From NCBI GenBank assembly GCA_947501605.1, contig CANMWZ010000002.1:64001-128000 (forward strand): a stretch of 64,000 nucleotides of DNA, written 5' to 3'. Made by a program: the position numbers and the translations under genes. The stretch's first letter is position 1, and each line of letters begins with the position of its first letter. This DNA comes from Planctomycetota bacterium. GTDB lineage: Bacteria; Planctomycetota; UBA1135; UBA2386. Shown piece after piece: positions 19,144 through 29,020 of this stretch. The notes beneath the pieces were generated by a model. That model worked only from the letters and a program-made list of their open reading frames with translations, ran no database searches and was not told where the DNA came from.

Positions 19144-20973
19144 ATGAACCGGTCCCTCTCGTCGTTCGTGTTCCTTTCCTCTCTGCTGGCCACCTGCGGC
19201 ACCGCAGCGACGTGCGTCACCGGGCCAGCGGCCGACCTGCAGCGCACGACCAACCCAGCGGCGCGCACCAAAGGGCCGATCTTCCGCACCCAGGTCGATC
19301 TGCTGATCGCCCGAATGGCCAAGGCGACCGAGACGCCTGGTGTCGCCGCCCCGTATTCGAACTCGATCCGCGACGCCGCGCAGTTGCTGAGTGCGATGGG
19401 ACACTGCCACCGCTTCTACGTGGCACTCGACAATCCACGCATCCGCGCCACCCTTGGCCTGCTGATCGGCGGCCGCCGGGACGACGGCAGCTTTGGCGTT
19501 GGCAAAGACGAAGACCCCGCAACCACCGCCTGGGTCGTGGATGCCTTGACGGCGATGGACCGAGACCGTTACGGCGACGAGATCGAGATGGCCAAGAGGT
19601 GGCTCGCAGACCGCGGGCTTGCGACTTCGATGTGGTCGCATCAGGTCGAAGTGGTAGCCACCAAAGTGCGCAGCGATGTCTTCCCGGAGCACCTCGCCAC
19701 GGAGGCACTCGCGTTCGTTGCGACTGTGCCAACCAGTCTGCAAGGCGCGCTCGACAGAACGGCAGCGCTCGCGGCGCTACTGCAACTCGTCGCCTGCCAA
19801 GAAGCCAACCGCGACCTCGATGTCGCCCAGGATCCCGGCGCCCAGGCCACCACCGCCGCATTCTCGCCGGCGCAGCAGAAGGCATTCGACTTCCTGATGG
19901 CGCAGCAGAAAGACGGCACGATGCTCGTCAAGTACGGCGACACGTCGTTCGCCGACCCAGCGATCACCGGGTTTGCGATGCTGGCGCTGCAGACCAAGCC
20001 GCTGGCGCTGCGGTCGCAGCAGGAAAGCGCGGTGCTCGAGCAGGGCTTGCGCTGGCTGTTGGCGAACCAGAACGAAGACGGATCCTTCGGTCAGCAGGTA
20101 CAGAACTACACCACCAGCGTTGTCATCGGCGCCCTTGCCCGCTGGGCTGATCCCTCAGCCAAGACCCCGCTCGACAAGGCGCAACGGTTCATCCTCGCCT
20201 GCCAGAACGTCGAGAGCAGCGGCTACCAAAGCAGCGACCGCGACTACGGCTCCATTGGTTACGGCGGCAGCCAACGTGGCGATCTCAGCAACGTCAACTT
20301 CGCGCTGCAGGCGCTGCGCGAATCCGGTTTGCCAGCCGAACACGAGGCGTTCCGCAAAGCCCTGGTCTTCTTGCAGCGGTCGCAGAACCTCAAGAGCGTG
20401 AACGACTTCAGCGGCAAGGTCACAGACCCCGATGCCGGCGGCAAGCTGATCGACATCGTCCCCGGTGAAGACGGTGGATCGGCCTACTACCCCGGCAACT
20501 CCGCCGCCGGTTACGACGAGACGCCCGACGGAAAGTCGAAGCCTCGTAGTTACGGCTCGATGACCTACGCGTTGCTCAAGGCCTACACGCTGTGCGGAGT
20601 CAGCAAGGACGACCCGCGCGTACAGGCTGCCGTCAACTGGATCGCGCAACACTGGACGCTCGACGAGAACCCGGGCTTCGTCGTCCCCGCCGGCGACAAG
20701 GCTCGCTATGCCGGCCTCTTCTACTACTACATGGTGTTGGCGCAGTCGCTCGACATGGCCTCGGTCGACACCGTGACCAAAGTCGTGGAAGCAGACGCGA
20801 AAGACGCCCCGAAGCCGGTACCGATCGATTGGCGCAAAGCGCTCCGCGAACACCTGCAGGGTCTGCAACAGCAGGACGGCTCTTTCGTCAACGCGAAGAA
20901 CCCGCGTTGGATGGAGTCGATGCAGGTGCTCTGCACCTGTTATGCCATGCTCGCACTCGAACGCTGCCGCTGA
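19144..20973 (+). CDS. Secreted prenyltransferase/squalene-oxidase-repeat (alpha/alpha barrel) protein
   Basis: Signal-like N-terminus; QW-like repeats WLLANQNEDGSF, FLMAQQKDG and LQQQDGSF; DLSN and SYGSMTYALLK motifs. Confidence 0.75.
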   Translation: MNRSLSSFVFLSSLLATCGTAATCVTGPAADLQRTTNPAARTKGPIFRTQVDLLIARMAKATETPGVAAPYSNSIRDAAQLLSAMGHCHRFYVALDNPRIRATLGLLIGGRRDDGSFGVGKDEDPATTAWVVDALTAMDRDRYGDEIEMAKRWLADRGLATSMWSHQVEVVATKVRSDVFPEHLATEALAFVATVPTSLQGALDRTAALAALLQLVACQEANRDLDVAQDPGAQATTAAFSPAQQKAFDFLMAQQKDGTMLVKYGDTSFADPAITGFAMLALQTKPLALRSQQESAVLEQGLRWLLANQNEDGSFGQQVQNYTTSVVIGALARWADPSAKTPLDKAQRFILACQNVESSGYQSSDRDYGSIGYGGSQRGDLSNVNFALQALRESGLPAEHEAFRKALVFLQRSQNLKSVNDFSGKVTDPDAGGKLIDIVPGEDGGSAYYPGNSAAGYDETPDGKSKPRSYGSMTYALLKAYTLCGVSKDDPRVQAAVNWIAQHWTLDENPGFVVPAGDKARYAGLFYYYMVLAQSLDMASVDTVTKVVEADAKDAPKPVPIDWRKALREHLQGLQQQDGSFVNAKNPRWMESMQVLCTCYAMLALERCR

Positions 20974-21014
20974 GTAGCGCGGCCGTCGCCACAGCAACCT
21001 TTGCGCCCACTTCC

Positions 21015-21914
21015 TTGACGCTCGTGCTACCTCACGCCCCCGCTTGGTTTCGTTTTCATCTCCCCGGCGCAACGCACCTCGGCGCCTTCGAACCCGGAGC
21101 AACCGCGCAGGATGCACGCTGGTACGACCTCGGCCCACAGGACGTACATGCGCTGCTGGCGCAAGGCGCCTTGCGGCTGCAGGACCTTTTGGCCCGCATG
21201 CGTCAGGGGCGAGAGATGGCCGCACCGAGCAGCTTCGCTCTGCCAGTGCCGCGGCCCGGCAAGATCCTCTGCGTCGCCAAGAACTACGTGAAGCACGCCC
21301 GCGAGTTCGGGGCCGAAGCGCCGCCGGAGCCCATCTTCTTCGCCAAGCTGCCGGACACGCTGCGGGCTCACGGCGAGCCGGTGGTCATTCCACACTGGCT
21401 CGATTCACGAGTGGACCACGAAGCCGAGCTCGGCCTCGTGCTGGGCTTCTCTGACCCGCAGCAGAAGGGCCGGAAGTACGTGAGCGCACTGGATGGGCCC
21501 CTTCTCGTCGCTGGCTACACGCCGATGAACGACGTCACGGCTCGCACCCTGCAGGGAACCGATCGAGACCAGAAGTACCCGTGGTTGCGCAGCAAGTCGT
21601 TCGACACGTTTTGCCCTACCGGTCCGTTCGTCGTGCCGGCCGACGCCATCGACGGCAACGATCTCGAGGTCGCCATGACGGTCAATGGTGCGGTGAAGCA
21701 GAAGGCGCGCACCAGCGAGATGGTGTTTTCCATCGGCAAGATCCTCGAAGCGATCGCGCGCTGCACCACCCTGCGACCAGGGGATCTCATTGCGACGGGA
21801 ACTCCCGAGGGCGTCTCTGCAATCGCGCACGGAGACTCGCTCACGGTGACCGTCGAAGGCCTGGGCACGCTGCGGAACCCAGTCCTTCGCGAAGCCGCAC
21901 CGATGGTCTCGTAG
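21015..21914 (+). CDS. Fumarylacetoacetate hydrolase family protein
   Basis: KILCVAKNY..H, DHEAEL, NDVTAR, KSFDTFCPTGP, PGDLIATGTPEG; start approximate. Confidence 0.88.
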   Translation: MTLVLPHAPAWFRFHLPGATHLGAFEPGATAQDARWYDLGPQDVHALLAQGALRLQDLLARMRQGREMAAPSSFALPVPRPGKILCVAKNYVKHAREFGAEAPPEPIFFAKLPDTLRAHGEPVVIPHWLDSRVDHEAELGLVLGFSDPQQKGRKYVSALDGPLLVAGYTPMNDVTARTLQGTDRDQKYPWLRSKSFDTFCPTGPFVVPADAIDGNDLEVAMTVNGAVKQKARTSEMVFSIGKILEAIARCTTLRPGDLIATGTPEGVSAIAHGDSLTVTVEGLGTLRNPVLREAAPMVS

Positions 21915-21939
21915 CGCGCAAGAACCGGAACGACGGCGT

Positions 21940-22608
21940 TCACAGCTGGAGCCCGCCATCGACCGGGAGGTCTTGTCCGGTCATGTAGCCGCTGTCCTCG
22001 GACAAGAGCCACTGCACCAGTGCGACGACGTCGGCGACAGTGCCAAGCCGCCCCATCGGCACGCGCGGCAGCATCCGCTGCTGGCTTTCTTGATGGCTCT
22101 GGTCGTGGTGGATGAGACCAGGGGAAACGACGTTGACCGTCACCTTCGCTTTCGCACACTCTGCCGCCAGTGACCGGGCCATGTGCACGAGAGCGGCCTT
22201 GATCGCAAAGTAGGCCGGAGCCCGCAACATCGCGCGCGGCAGACCCGCACCGGCCGCGGCGAAAAACACGACGCGCCCGCGCTGTGCCGCGATCATCGAC
22301 GGCACGATCGCTTTGGCGACGTGCAAGGCCGACATGAGGTTGCTCTGCAGGAGGCTGTTGAAGCGCTCGCTGTCGGTTGCGAGTAGCGAGGCCTCGAAGA
22401 AGTCCCCGACCGTGTGCACCAGACCCCAGGGAGCACCTCGCGCGCGCACAAGTTCCCCGGCTGCGAGCTCCACCGAAGCTTCGTCGGTAGCGTCCACACC
22501 GTGGCGGCGGGACCAAACAACAGCTCGGGCACCGAGAGCCTGGACCACGCCGAGGCCGATACCCGCCGTGCCGCCGACCACCAGAACGTGCCTCGAGTCG
22601 TTCGCCAT
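21940..22608 (-). CDS. SDR family oxidoreductase
   Basis: GGTAGIG, YFAIK (YxxxK), VNVVSPG, YMTGQDLPVDGG. Confidence 0.88.
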   Translation of the reverse strand: MANDSRHVLVVGGTAGIGLGVVQALGARAVVWSRRHGVDATDEASVELAAGELVRARGAPWGLVHTVGDFFEASLLATDSERFNSLLQSNLMSALHVAKAIVPSMIAAQRGRVVFFAAAGAGLPRAMLRAPAYFAIKAALVHMARSLAAECAKAKVTVNVVSPGLIHHDQSHQESQQRMLPRVPMGRLGTVADVVALVQWLLSEDSGYMTGQDLPVDGGLQL

Positions 22609-22668
22609 GGCGCCAGTTGGAACGCGACGGAACCGCGTTCGCAAGCGCCGCCTCCGACGACCCGGTTG

Positions 22669-23238
22669 TCAGAACACGGTGACGCGATCGAGCGGCCAGA
22701 AACGAGCCCGCACCCGGCCACGCAGCAGCCCCTCTGGGACCAATCCGAACTCGCGCGAGTCACAGCTGATCGGCCGGTTGTCCCCGAGCACGAAGTAGCA
22801 GCCGTCCGGCACATCCACTTCGCGGGTCGTCTCCAGGTCTGCAATGCAGGTCCAGTCGTCCGGCGCCATCGCGCCGTTGACCCATAACTGGCCACTTCGT
22901 AGCGCCACGCGATCGCCCGGTAGGCCGACGACGCGCTTCACGAAGTCAATCGTCGGATTGCGCGGGTAGCGCAGCACGACGACGTCGCCGCGGTTCACCT
23001 CGCCAATGCTGCAAGTCACCCGGTCAACCACCAAGCGATCGCCGTCGTGCAGGGAAGGCTCCATCGAATGACCCTTCACCACCGAGATCTGCACCACAAA
23101 GAGATGGAACAACACCATCAGGCTGGCGCCGAACAGCAGGTCGAGCACGTAGCGATGGCGGAGCACCGCACCGAACACGCGGCCGCGGATCGCCGATGGC
23201 GCGACCGGTAGCAAAGGCAGGCTGACAACTGGTCCCAT
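22669..23238 (-). CDS. lepB: Signal peptidase I
   Basis: GHSMEPSL (catalytic Ser), FVKRVVGLPGD (catalytic Lys), GDNR..SCDSR. Confidence 0.92.
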   Translation of the reverse strand: MGPVVSLPLLPVAPSAIRGRVFGAVLRHRYVLDLLFGASLMVLFHLFVVQISVVKGHSMEPSLHDGDRLVVDRVTCSIGEVNRGDVVVLRYPRNPTIDFVKRVVGLPGDRVALRSGQLWVNGAMAPDDWTCIADLETTREVDVPDGCYFVLGDNRPISCDSREFGLVPEGLLRGRVRARFWPLDRVTVF

Positions 23239-23246
23239 TGCCGGCC

Positions 23247-23274
23247 TTATCGACCCGTTCCTGCAACTGCTTTA
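23247..23274 (-). promoter_or_regulatory. Possible sigma28 (FliA)-type promoter upstream of lepB
   Basis: Minus strand TAAA-N16-GTCGATAA versus consensus TAAA-N15-GCCGATAA. Confidence 0.3.
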
Positions 23275-23515
23275 CCGAGCAGCCGGCGGCAGAACGGCGC
23301 CGTCGCCGAGCCCACGGCAGGCGGATGGGGATCCTGGGAGAACGCGCGCAGATCGGAGCCGATCCCCCTCGCGCAGGCAGGACGCGTGTGCCAGCGGCCT
23401 GCTTGCCGTGGCCTCCAGGCTTCTGCGCACTCATCCCACCTACGAACCCGTCAAGCGGGGTGCGGCGCACTTCCGACCAAGGGATGGCAATACCGCGAGG
23501 CCCCCGACCGCGACC

Positions 23516-24397
23516 ATGACCATCGACGCGACCCGCAATCAGCACGAGCGCAGACGGCGCGAACTCTTGTCGAAGAGTGAGCACATTCCGCCGCTTCCAG
23601 AATCGGTCATCAGGCTCCTCGAGGTGCTGAACCAGACGGATACGGAACCGCAGCACCTCGAGCGGCACTTGCACAACGACCCCGTCTTGGTCGCTCGCAT
23701 GCTGGCGATGGTCAACTCGCCGTTCTTTGGCTTGAGCCGCACGTGCAGTTCGATCAAGGAAGCCATCATGGTTCTCGGCTTCCGCGGTCTGCGCAGCCTC
23801 CTCCTAGCGTCCAGCACCGCGAAGTTCCTGCAGAAGGAACTCGATTGGTACGGGCACGATCAGCGGGGACTGTGGGTCCATTCCGTCGCCGTCGCCGCTG
23901 GCGCCCGCGCGACTGCGATCGCCTGCAGACTGCCGCCAGACAAGTGCGAACTGCTCTTTGTCGGCGGTCTGCTGCACGACATCGGCAAGTTGCTCCTCGG
24001 CCCCTACATGACCGAGGCGGTGAAGTCCGCGAAGACCAAGCCCACGAACCCCAGCATGACGGAGGTGGAGCGGTCCATGCTGGGCCTCGACCACGGCGAA
24101 GCAGGTGCTCTGGTCGCCGCCAAGTGGAACCTGGGCACTGACATCCAGGACATCATCGAGATGCATCGCGATCGCACTGCGATCGGCGATCCACGCCTGT
24201 CCGCGATCATGCGCGTGGCCGACGCGGTTGCTTGCGAATGCGGCTTCGGCTACCTGCCGGGGCGCGCACCGATCGAACCAATTCACCCCGATGACCTTGG
24301 GATGCTCGGCCTCAGCGATGCGGCTTGGCACGCGCTGCGCATCGAAGTCGTGGCAGCCATGGACGCAGCACGTGCAGCCATGGCTCGCATGGGTTGA
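23516..24397 (+). CDS. HDOD domain protein
   Basis: PPLPE, DPVLVARMLAMVNSPFFG, LLHDIGK, DHGEAGA...KWNL. Confidence 0.88.
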   Translation: MTIDATRNQHERRRRELLSKSEHIPPLPESVIRLLEVLNQTDTEPQHLERHLHNDPVLVARMLAMVNSPFFGLSRTCSSIKEAIMVLGFRGLRSLLLASSTAKFLQKELDWYGHDQRGLWVHSVAVAAGARATAIACRLPPDKCELLFVGGLLHDIGKLLLGPYMTEAVKSAKTKPTNPSMTEVERSMLGLDHGEAGALVAAKWNLGTDIQDIIEMHRDRTAIGDPRLSAIMRVADAVACECGFGYLPGRAPIEPIHPDDLGMLGLSDAAWHALRIEVVAAMDAARAAMARMG

Positions 24398-24438
24398 GCT
24401 GCTCCAGCGCCCGAGCCACGCAGCGCCGACGGCACCGG

Positions 24439-24822
24439 TCAGCGGAGAGTGGCCTGACTGAACATCCACAGCCCCGTCACGGTCGCGACCAGAGTCGCCG
24501 CGACGAACGCGAAGACCGCAACTCGATGGGCCCGGCGGGCACCGGGGCGCCGCCAGAGCCAGACGCCGGTGAGGATCACGGGGATCGCAAGCAAACCGCC
24601 GATCTTGGCGCACACTAGGTGGATGGACCGGATCGGCTCCGGAAACTCGTAGAGTCGCGCCAGCTGTTCGGTCAGCAGAATCGCGATCGCGAGGCTGACC
24701 ATTGCGGCGGGTCCAGCGACCAAGTGGGCGCGACGATGACGACGCAGCCCCGACACCAGTGCCAGCAGCAACAGCGCGACCGTCGCCACAAGGGCGACCC
24801 AGAACCATAGATCCGGGCCCAT
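24439..24822 (-). CDS. Small hypothetical membrane protein (about 4 TM, with His residues in or near the helices)
   Basis: Four hydrophobic segments; fills the gap between flanking genes. Confidence 0.6.
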   Translation of the reverse strand: MGPDLWFWVALVATVALLLLALVSGLRRHRRAHLVAGPAAMVSLAIAILLTEQLARLYEFPEPIRSIHLVCAKIGGLLAIPVILTGVWLWRRPGARRAHRVAVFAFVAATLVATVTGLWMFSQATLR

Positions 24823-24964
24823 GAAGTGGCGCGGACTCTCGCACACGGCTCGGCGGATCGCAACGGTGAGTTGATCGGCGGCCAGCCCATACTCGCGTCG
24901 CCACCTTGTTGGCGCCCCGCACTGCGCGCTTGGCGCCGCCGCGCTCGAGTCCTAGCCTCAGACC

Positions 24965-25462
24965 ATGGTTCTCGAACTTCGCGCGCAACCGGATGGCCGT
25001 GGCCTCAAGGTTGGCATCGCCGTGGCCCGTTTCAATGAAGTCGTCACCGGTCGCTTGTTGCAGGGTGCGCTAGCGGCATGTCGCGCCTGCGGCGTCGCCG
25101 ACACCGACATCACCGTGGTCCATGTGCCTGGTGCGTTCGAACTGCCGCAAGCAAGTGCTTGGCTCGCGACCAAGGGGCGCTGCGATGCGGTCGCGGCCCT
25201 CGGCGCCGTGATCCGCGGTGAGACCAGTCACTACGACTACGTCTGCAGCGCAGCCACCGACGGTTGCTTACGGGTGAACCTCGACACCAACGTGCCGATC
25301 GCATTCGGCGTACTGACGTGCGAAGACCTCGCGCAGGCGATGGCCCGCGCCGGTGGCGATGCCGGTAACAAGGGCAACGACGCCGTGCTTGCGGCCTTGG
25401 AGATGGCGCAGTTGTCGCGCGCGCTGGAGGTCGCGATGAGGAAACCACAGCCCCCCCGTTGA
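24965..25462 (+). CDS. ribH: 6,7-dimethyl-8-ribityllumazine synthase
   Basis: ARFNE, VPGAFELP, GAVIRGETSHYDYV, GNKG. Confidence 0.96.
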   Translation: MVLELRAQPDGRGLKVGIAVARFNEVVTGRLLQGALAACRACGVADTDITVVHVPGAFELPQASAWLATKGRCDAVAALGAVIRGETSHYDYVCSAATDGCLRVNLDTNVPIAFGVLTCEDLAQAMARAGGDAGNKGNDAVLAALEMAQLSRALEVAMRKPQPPR

Positions 25463-25517
25463 GCCCCAGCACTTCCTCGCTACTCTCTGTGTCGCGCCTT
25501 CGCGCTCGTTCCTTGCC

Positions 25518-25997
25518 ATGACCCAGCCTGTTCGCCGACGCACCAAAGCCCGCGAAGTCGCACTCCAACTGCTCTTCCAGTTCGACCTCCGAGGACCGAA
25601 CTACGAACAGGACCTCGGTCAGGATCTCGCTGCCATGTGCAACGAAGCCAGCGAGGGCGATGAGGAGGTCCGCACCTTCGCGCTGCGACTCGTCGAGGGC
25701 ACGCTGAAGCTGCGCAACGAGATCGACGACCGGCTCAAGTCCGTCACCCGCAACTGGGACCTGAAGCGGATGGCATGTGTGGACCGAAACATCCTTCGCA
25801 TGACGGTCTTCGAATTGGCCCACTGCCGAGACGTACCGCCCAAAGTCGCGATCAACGAGGCAATCGAGCTGGGCAAGAAGTACTCGACCGCGAACTCGGG
25901 CGGCTTCGTGAACGGCATCCTCGACCGCGTTCGCCTGGACCTGGAGAAGGAGCGCGGCGCGTCCGGTCAGGACGCGGCCACCGCGCCCGAGAGCTGA
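25518..25997 (+). CDS. nusB: Transcription antitermination factor NusB
   Basis: RRRTKAREVALQ, DRNILR, VAINEAIELGKKY, FVNGILD; follows ribH. Confidence 0.96.
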   Translation: MTQPVRRRTKAREVALQLLFQFDLRGPNYEQDLGQDLAAMCNEASEGDEEVRTFALRLVEGTLKLRNEIDDRLKSVTRNWDLKRMACVDRNILRMTVFELAHCRDVPPKVAINEAIELGKKYSTANSGGFVNGILDRVRLDLEKERGASGQDAATAPES

Positions 25998-26008
25998 GGG
26001 ACGAGCGG

Positions 26009-26935
26009 ATGGTGTTCGGCAAACTGCTAAGCGCACTCAAGAAGACGCGCGAAGTCCTCGCCGCCGGCCTGTCGCGGCTGTTCTCGCTCGGCCGCAAACT
26101 CGACGAGGACTTCCTCGACGAACTCGAGCAGGTTCTCTACCAAGCGGATCTCGGCAACGTCGGCTCGCAGATCGTCGAGGAGCTCAAAGTCGCCTACAAG
26201 AAGCGCGAGATCACCGACGTCGACAAGGTCCCAGCCTATCTGCGCGCACGACTGTGTGCTCTGCTGCAAGGCAGCGCCGAGGCCCTGGCAAAGGCCCCCA
26301 CGAAACCGACGATCGTGCTCGTTGTCGGCGTGAACGGGGCGGGCAAGACGACGTCAATCGCCAAGCTTGCCCGCCATCTCGCGACCCAGGGCCACTCGGT
26401 GATGCTCGGCGCCGGCGACACGTTCCGAGCTGCCGCCGTGGAGCAGCTCGCGTTGTGGGCAGAGCGCTTACGGATCCCGATCATCAAGCAACACACAGGT
26501 GCGGATCCGGCCGCGGTCGCGTTCGATGCCGTCACGGCAGCGGTCGCGCGTGGGATCGACTACCTGATCCTCGACACGGCGGGACGGCTGCACACGCAGA
26601 AGAACCTGATGACCGAGCTCGAAAAAGTCGTACGCGTGGTCAAGAAGGTCGTGCCCTCGGCACCGCATGAGACCTTGCTCGTGCTCGACGCGACGACTGG
26701 CCAAAACGCGATCCGACAGGCCAGCGAGTTCGCAAAGTCAGCGCCGGTCAGCGGCCTCATCCTGGCCAAGATGGACGGCACGGCGAAGGGCGGAGCCATC
26801 TTTGGCATCCGCTCCGTCTTGCCGGTCCCCGTCAAGTTTCTCGGCGTCGGTGAAGGACTGGACGATCTCGAGCCGTTCGCCGTCGAAGCGTTCGTGGACG
26901 CGATCCTGCAGTTCGACGCCAACAAGCGCGCATGA
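26009..26935 (+). CDS. ftsY: SRP receptor FtsY
   Basis: GVNGAGKTT, DTFRAAA, DTAGRL, KMDGTAKGG. Confidence 0.96.
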   Translation: MVFGKLLSALKKTREVLAAGLSRLFSLGRKLDEDFLDELEQVLYQADLGNVGSQIVEELKVAYKKREITDVDKVPAYLRARLCALLQGSAEALAKAPTKPTIVLVVGVNGAGKTTSIAKLARHLATQGHSVMLGAGDTFRAAAVEQLALWAERLRIPIIKQHTGADPAAVAFDAVTAAVARGIDYLILDTAGRLHTQKNLMTELEKVVRVVKKVVPSAPHETLLVLDATTGQNAIRQASEFAKSAPVSGLILAKMDGTAKGGAIFGIRSVLPVPVKFLGVGEGLDDLEPFAVEAFVDAILQFDANKRA

Positions 26936-29001
26936 GCGCATCGCCACGAATGGCCAGGACCTTCGTGCCGGTGTCGCTGATGCTGCTTGCGACCCTGTGC
27001 CTCCACCCCGCGTGGCTCGACGCCGAGCTGGCGCGGCGGGCGCTGGCAATGAGCACTCTCGGCGTGCTCTTGTTGCTGCAGCCTCGGGCGTTCGCTGCTC
27101 GGCCCAATGGAGACCGCGCCCTGGTCGCCTTGATCGGCTGGCTCGCATGCTCAGCGATTTGGCACCACGACCGCGCCAACTCGGCCGAAGCGGTTCTGAG
27201 GATCGGGTGGTGGACGACACTGCTGCTCACCGCAAGGCTCGGCGCGGCATCGAACCGCGACACAATTGCGCGAACGACAGCGGTCCTGCTCGTGTTGGCC
27301 GCCGGTCTTGGAATGTTCCAGAGCCTCGGCGTCACCGACTGGCTCGGCACCCAAATGGAGCCGGTCAGCGTCTTCGGCAACCGCAACACCGCCGCCGAGT
27401 TCACCGCCGTCGCCACCGCAGTGCTCGCCGCCCGCTTCCACTCGATGCCGCGGCTGGCATCGTTCGCACTGCTGCTCGGCTCATGCTATGCCATCGCCAA
27501 CGGTTCGCGCTCGGGCCTCGTCGGCCTCCCGCTCGGTGTCGTGATCGCGGCCGCGGCCGCCAGCTTGCCACTGGGACGAAGGCTGCTGCCATGCGTGCCC
27601 ACCGCCTTGGGACTCTTGTTGGGCGTCGGCTGTTCGTTAGCAGCAGCCGGATCCGCGACCAGCGGAACCGGCCCAGATAGCCTCAACCTACCTGGGCACG
27701 CAACGCGTACGGCCACCCTCGAAGTGCGCCTGCAGATTGCGCTCGCAGGTCTGCGGATGGTCGCCGATGCGCCGATCCTCGGGCACGGCCCCGGCCAGTT
27801 TGCCGTCGAGTACCCCCGCTACCGCTCGCAACGGGAAATCGAACTGTCCTCGCTATCGCGCACGGAGATGCGGCGAGTCGGCACCGCCCACGATGATTGG
27901 TTGGAGACCGCGATCGAGGCCGGCGTCCCCGCGCTGGTGCTGCTCGTGTTGTTCGTAGTCGCGCGCGGTCGTGGGCGAACGGACCGGAGCGGGCTGGCGC
28001 CGCTTGCCGTGCTACTTGCGCTGATGATCATCCGCGCCCCACTGGGCAACGCCCCGGCCGCGCTGCTCGCGCTGCTCGCCAGCAGCCCGATCCTCGGCGA
28101 GGTGGAGCTTCGCCCCCTACGTGCATGGTGGCTGCGCGTCGTCGGCATCGCCCTGCTCTGCCTCGGCGCGGCCGGCGTTGCGAGTGCGGGCGCCCTTGCT
28201 CGCTACGTCGCGAGTCGCGCTGACCAACCACTTGGTGATACGGCTCCGTTGCGCGATGCGGTAGCCATCGCGCCCTGGGACCCGGTCGCGTGGCAGTTGT
28301 TGGCGCAAGAGCTGCAGGCCCGCGCGACCGACCTTACAGGTGCACAGCAGGCACTCGCCGCAGCGGACCGAGCTGCCACGCTGCGGCCGTTCGAACCCTC
28401 CTACCTGCTGCTGCGAGCCGATCTGCTGCGAATGTGCGGCCAGCTCGACGAGAGCAAACGTCAGCTCGCGGAAATCACCAAACTCGACCCCTCGGAGCCG
28501 CAAGTTCAGGTGCAACTCGCCGGCGTGTACTTCACCGATGGCGATGTCGATGGCGCGGTCATCGCCTTGTGCACGGATCCTCCGGCCGTGCTTCGAAAGC
28601 AGCTGGCACTACGGCTCGAGGAGTTCGCCGACCTTTGCGCAGCCAGGAACTCGGTCGACGACATGAAGCGATTTCAGGCTGAGGCAGCGTTCGTACGCAC
28701 GCTGGACGCCTTGGCCACAACCGGCACACGTGCCAATGCGATTGCGAAGGAGCACTTTGACACCATGCGAGGGTCGTTCGCAGTGGCTGGGCTTCGCGAC
28801 CGTGATGTGCGCGAGCTGCTGTTGCTCGCAGTCCTGAGCTACCGGGTAGGCGATGCCACGTCAGCCACGGCGGCCGGGCAACTGGCACAGAAAAAGGCGC
28901 TGCCCCTCCCGGCGTGGCAATGGTCCCTGTTGCGCGACGTCGCGGCGCCACTGCGAGCGCTGCCGGCGTGGCTACCGCTGCTGCCTCGCACCGGGACGTA
29001 G
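26932..29001 (+). CDS. O-antigen ligase (Wzy_C)-like membrane protein with C-terminal TPR-like region
   Basis: FGNRN, GSRSG, R..I...GLRM...PILGHGPGQF, AHDDWLE; helical repeat C-terminus. Confidence 0.75.
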   Translation: MSASPRMARTFVPVSLMLLATLCLHPAWLDAELARRALAMSTLGVLLLLQPRAFAARPNGDRALVALIGWLACSAIWHHDRANSAEAVLRIGWWTTLLLTARLGAASNRDTIARTTAVLLVLAAGLGMFQSLGVTDWLGTQMEPVSVFGNRNTAAEFTAVATAVLAARFHSMPRLASFALLLGSCYAIANGSRSGLVGLPLGVVIAAAAASLPLGRRLLPCVPTALGLLLGVGCSLAAAGSATSGTGPDSLNLPGHATRTATLEVRLQIALAGLRMVADAPILGHGPGQFAVEYPRYRSQREIELSSLSRTEMRRVGTAHDDWLETAIEAGVPALVLLVLFVVARGRGRTDRSGLAPLAVLLALMIIRAPLGNAPAALLALLASSPILGEVELRPLRAWWLRVVGIALLCLGAAGVASAGALARYVASRADQPLGDTAPLRDAVAIAPWDPVAWQLLAQELQARATDLTGAQQALAAADRAATLRPFEPSYLLLRADLLRMCGQLDESKRQLAEITKLDPSEPQVQVQLAGVYFTDGDVDGAVIALCTDPPAVLRKQLALRLEEFADLCAARNSVDDMKRFQAEAAFVRTLDALATTGTRANAIAKEHFDTMRGSFAVAGLRDRDVRELLLLAVLSYRVGDATSATAAGQLAQKKALPLPAWQWSLLRDVAAPLRALPAWLPLLPRTGT

Positions 29002-29020
29002 ACCGCGGCCAGGGCCCGCG

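Noticed and set aside
19144..20973. Squalene-hopene cyclase call
   Set aside because: No DxDD motif, and it has a signal-like N-terminus.
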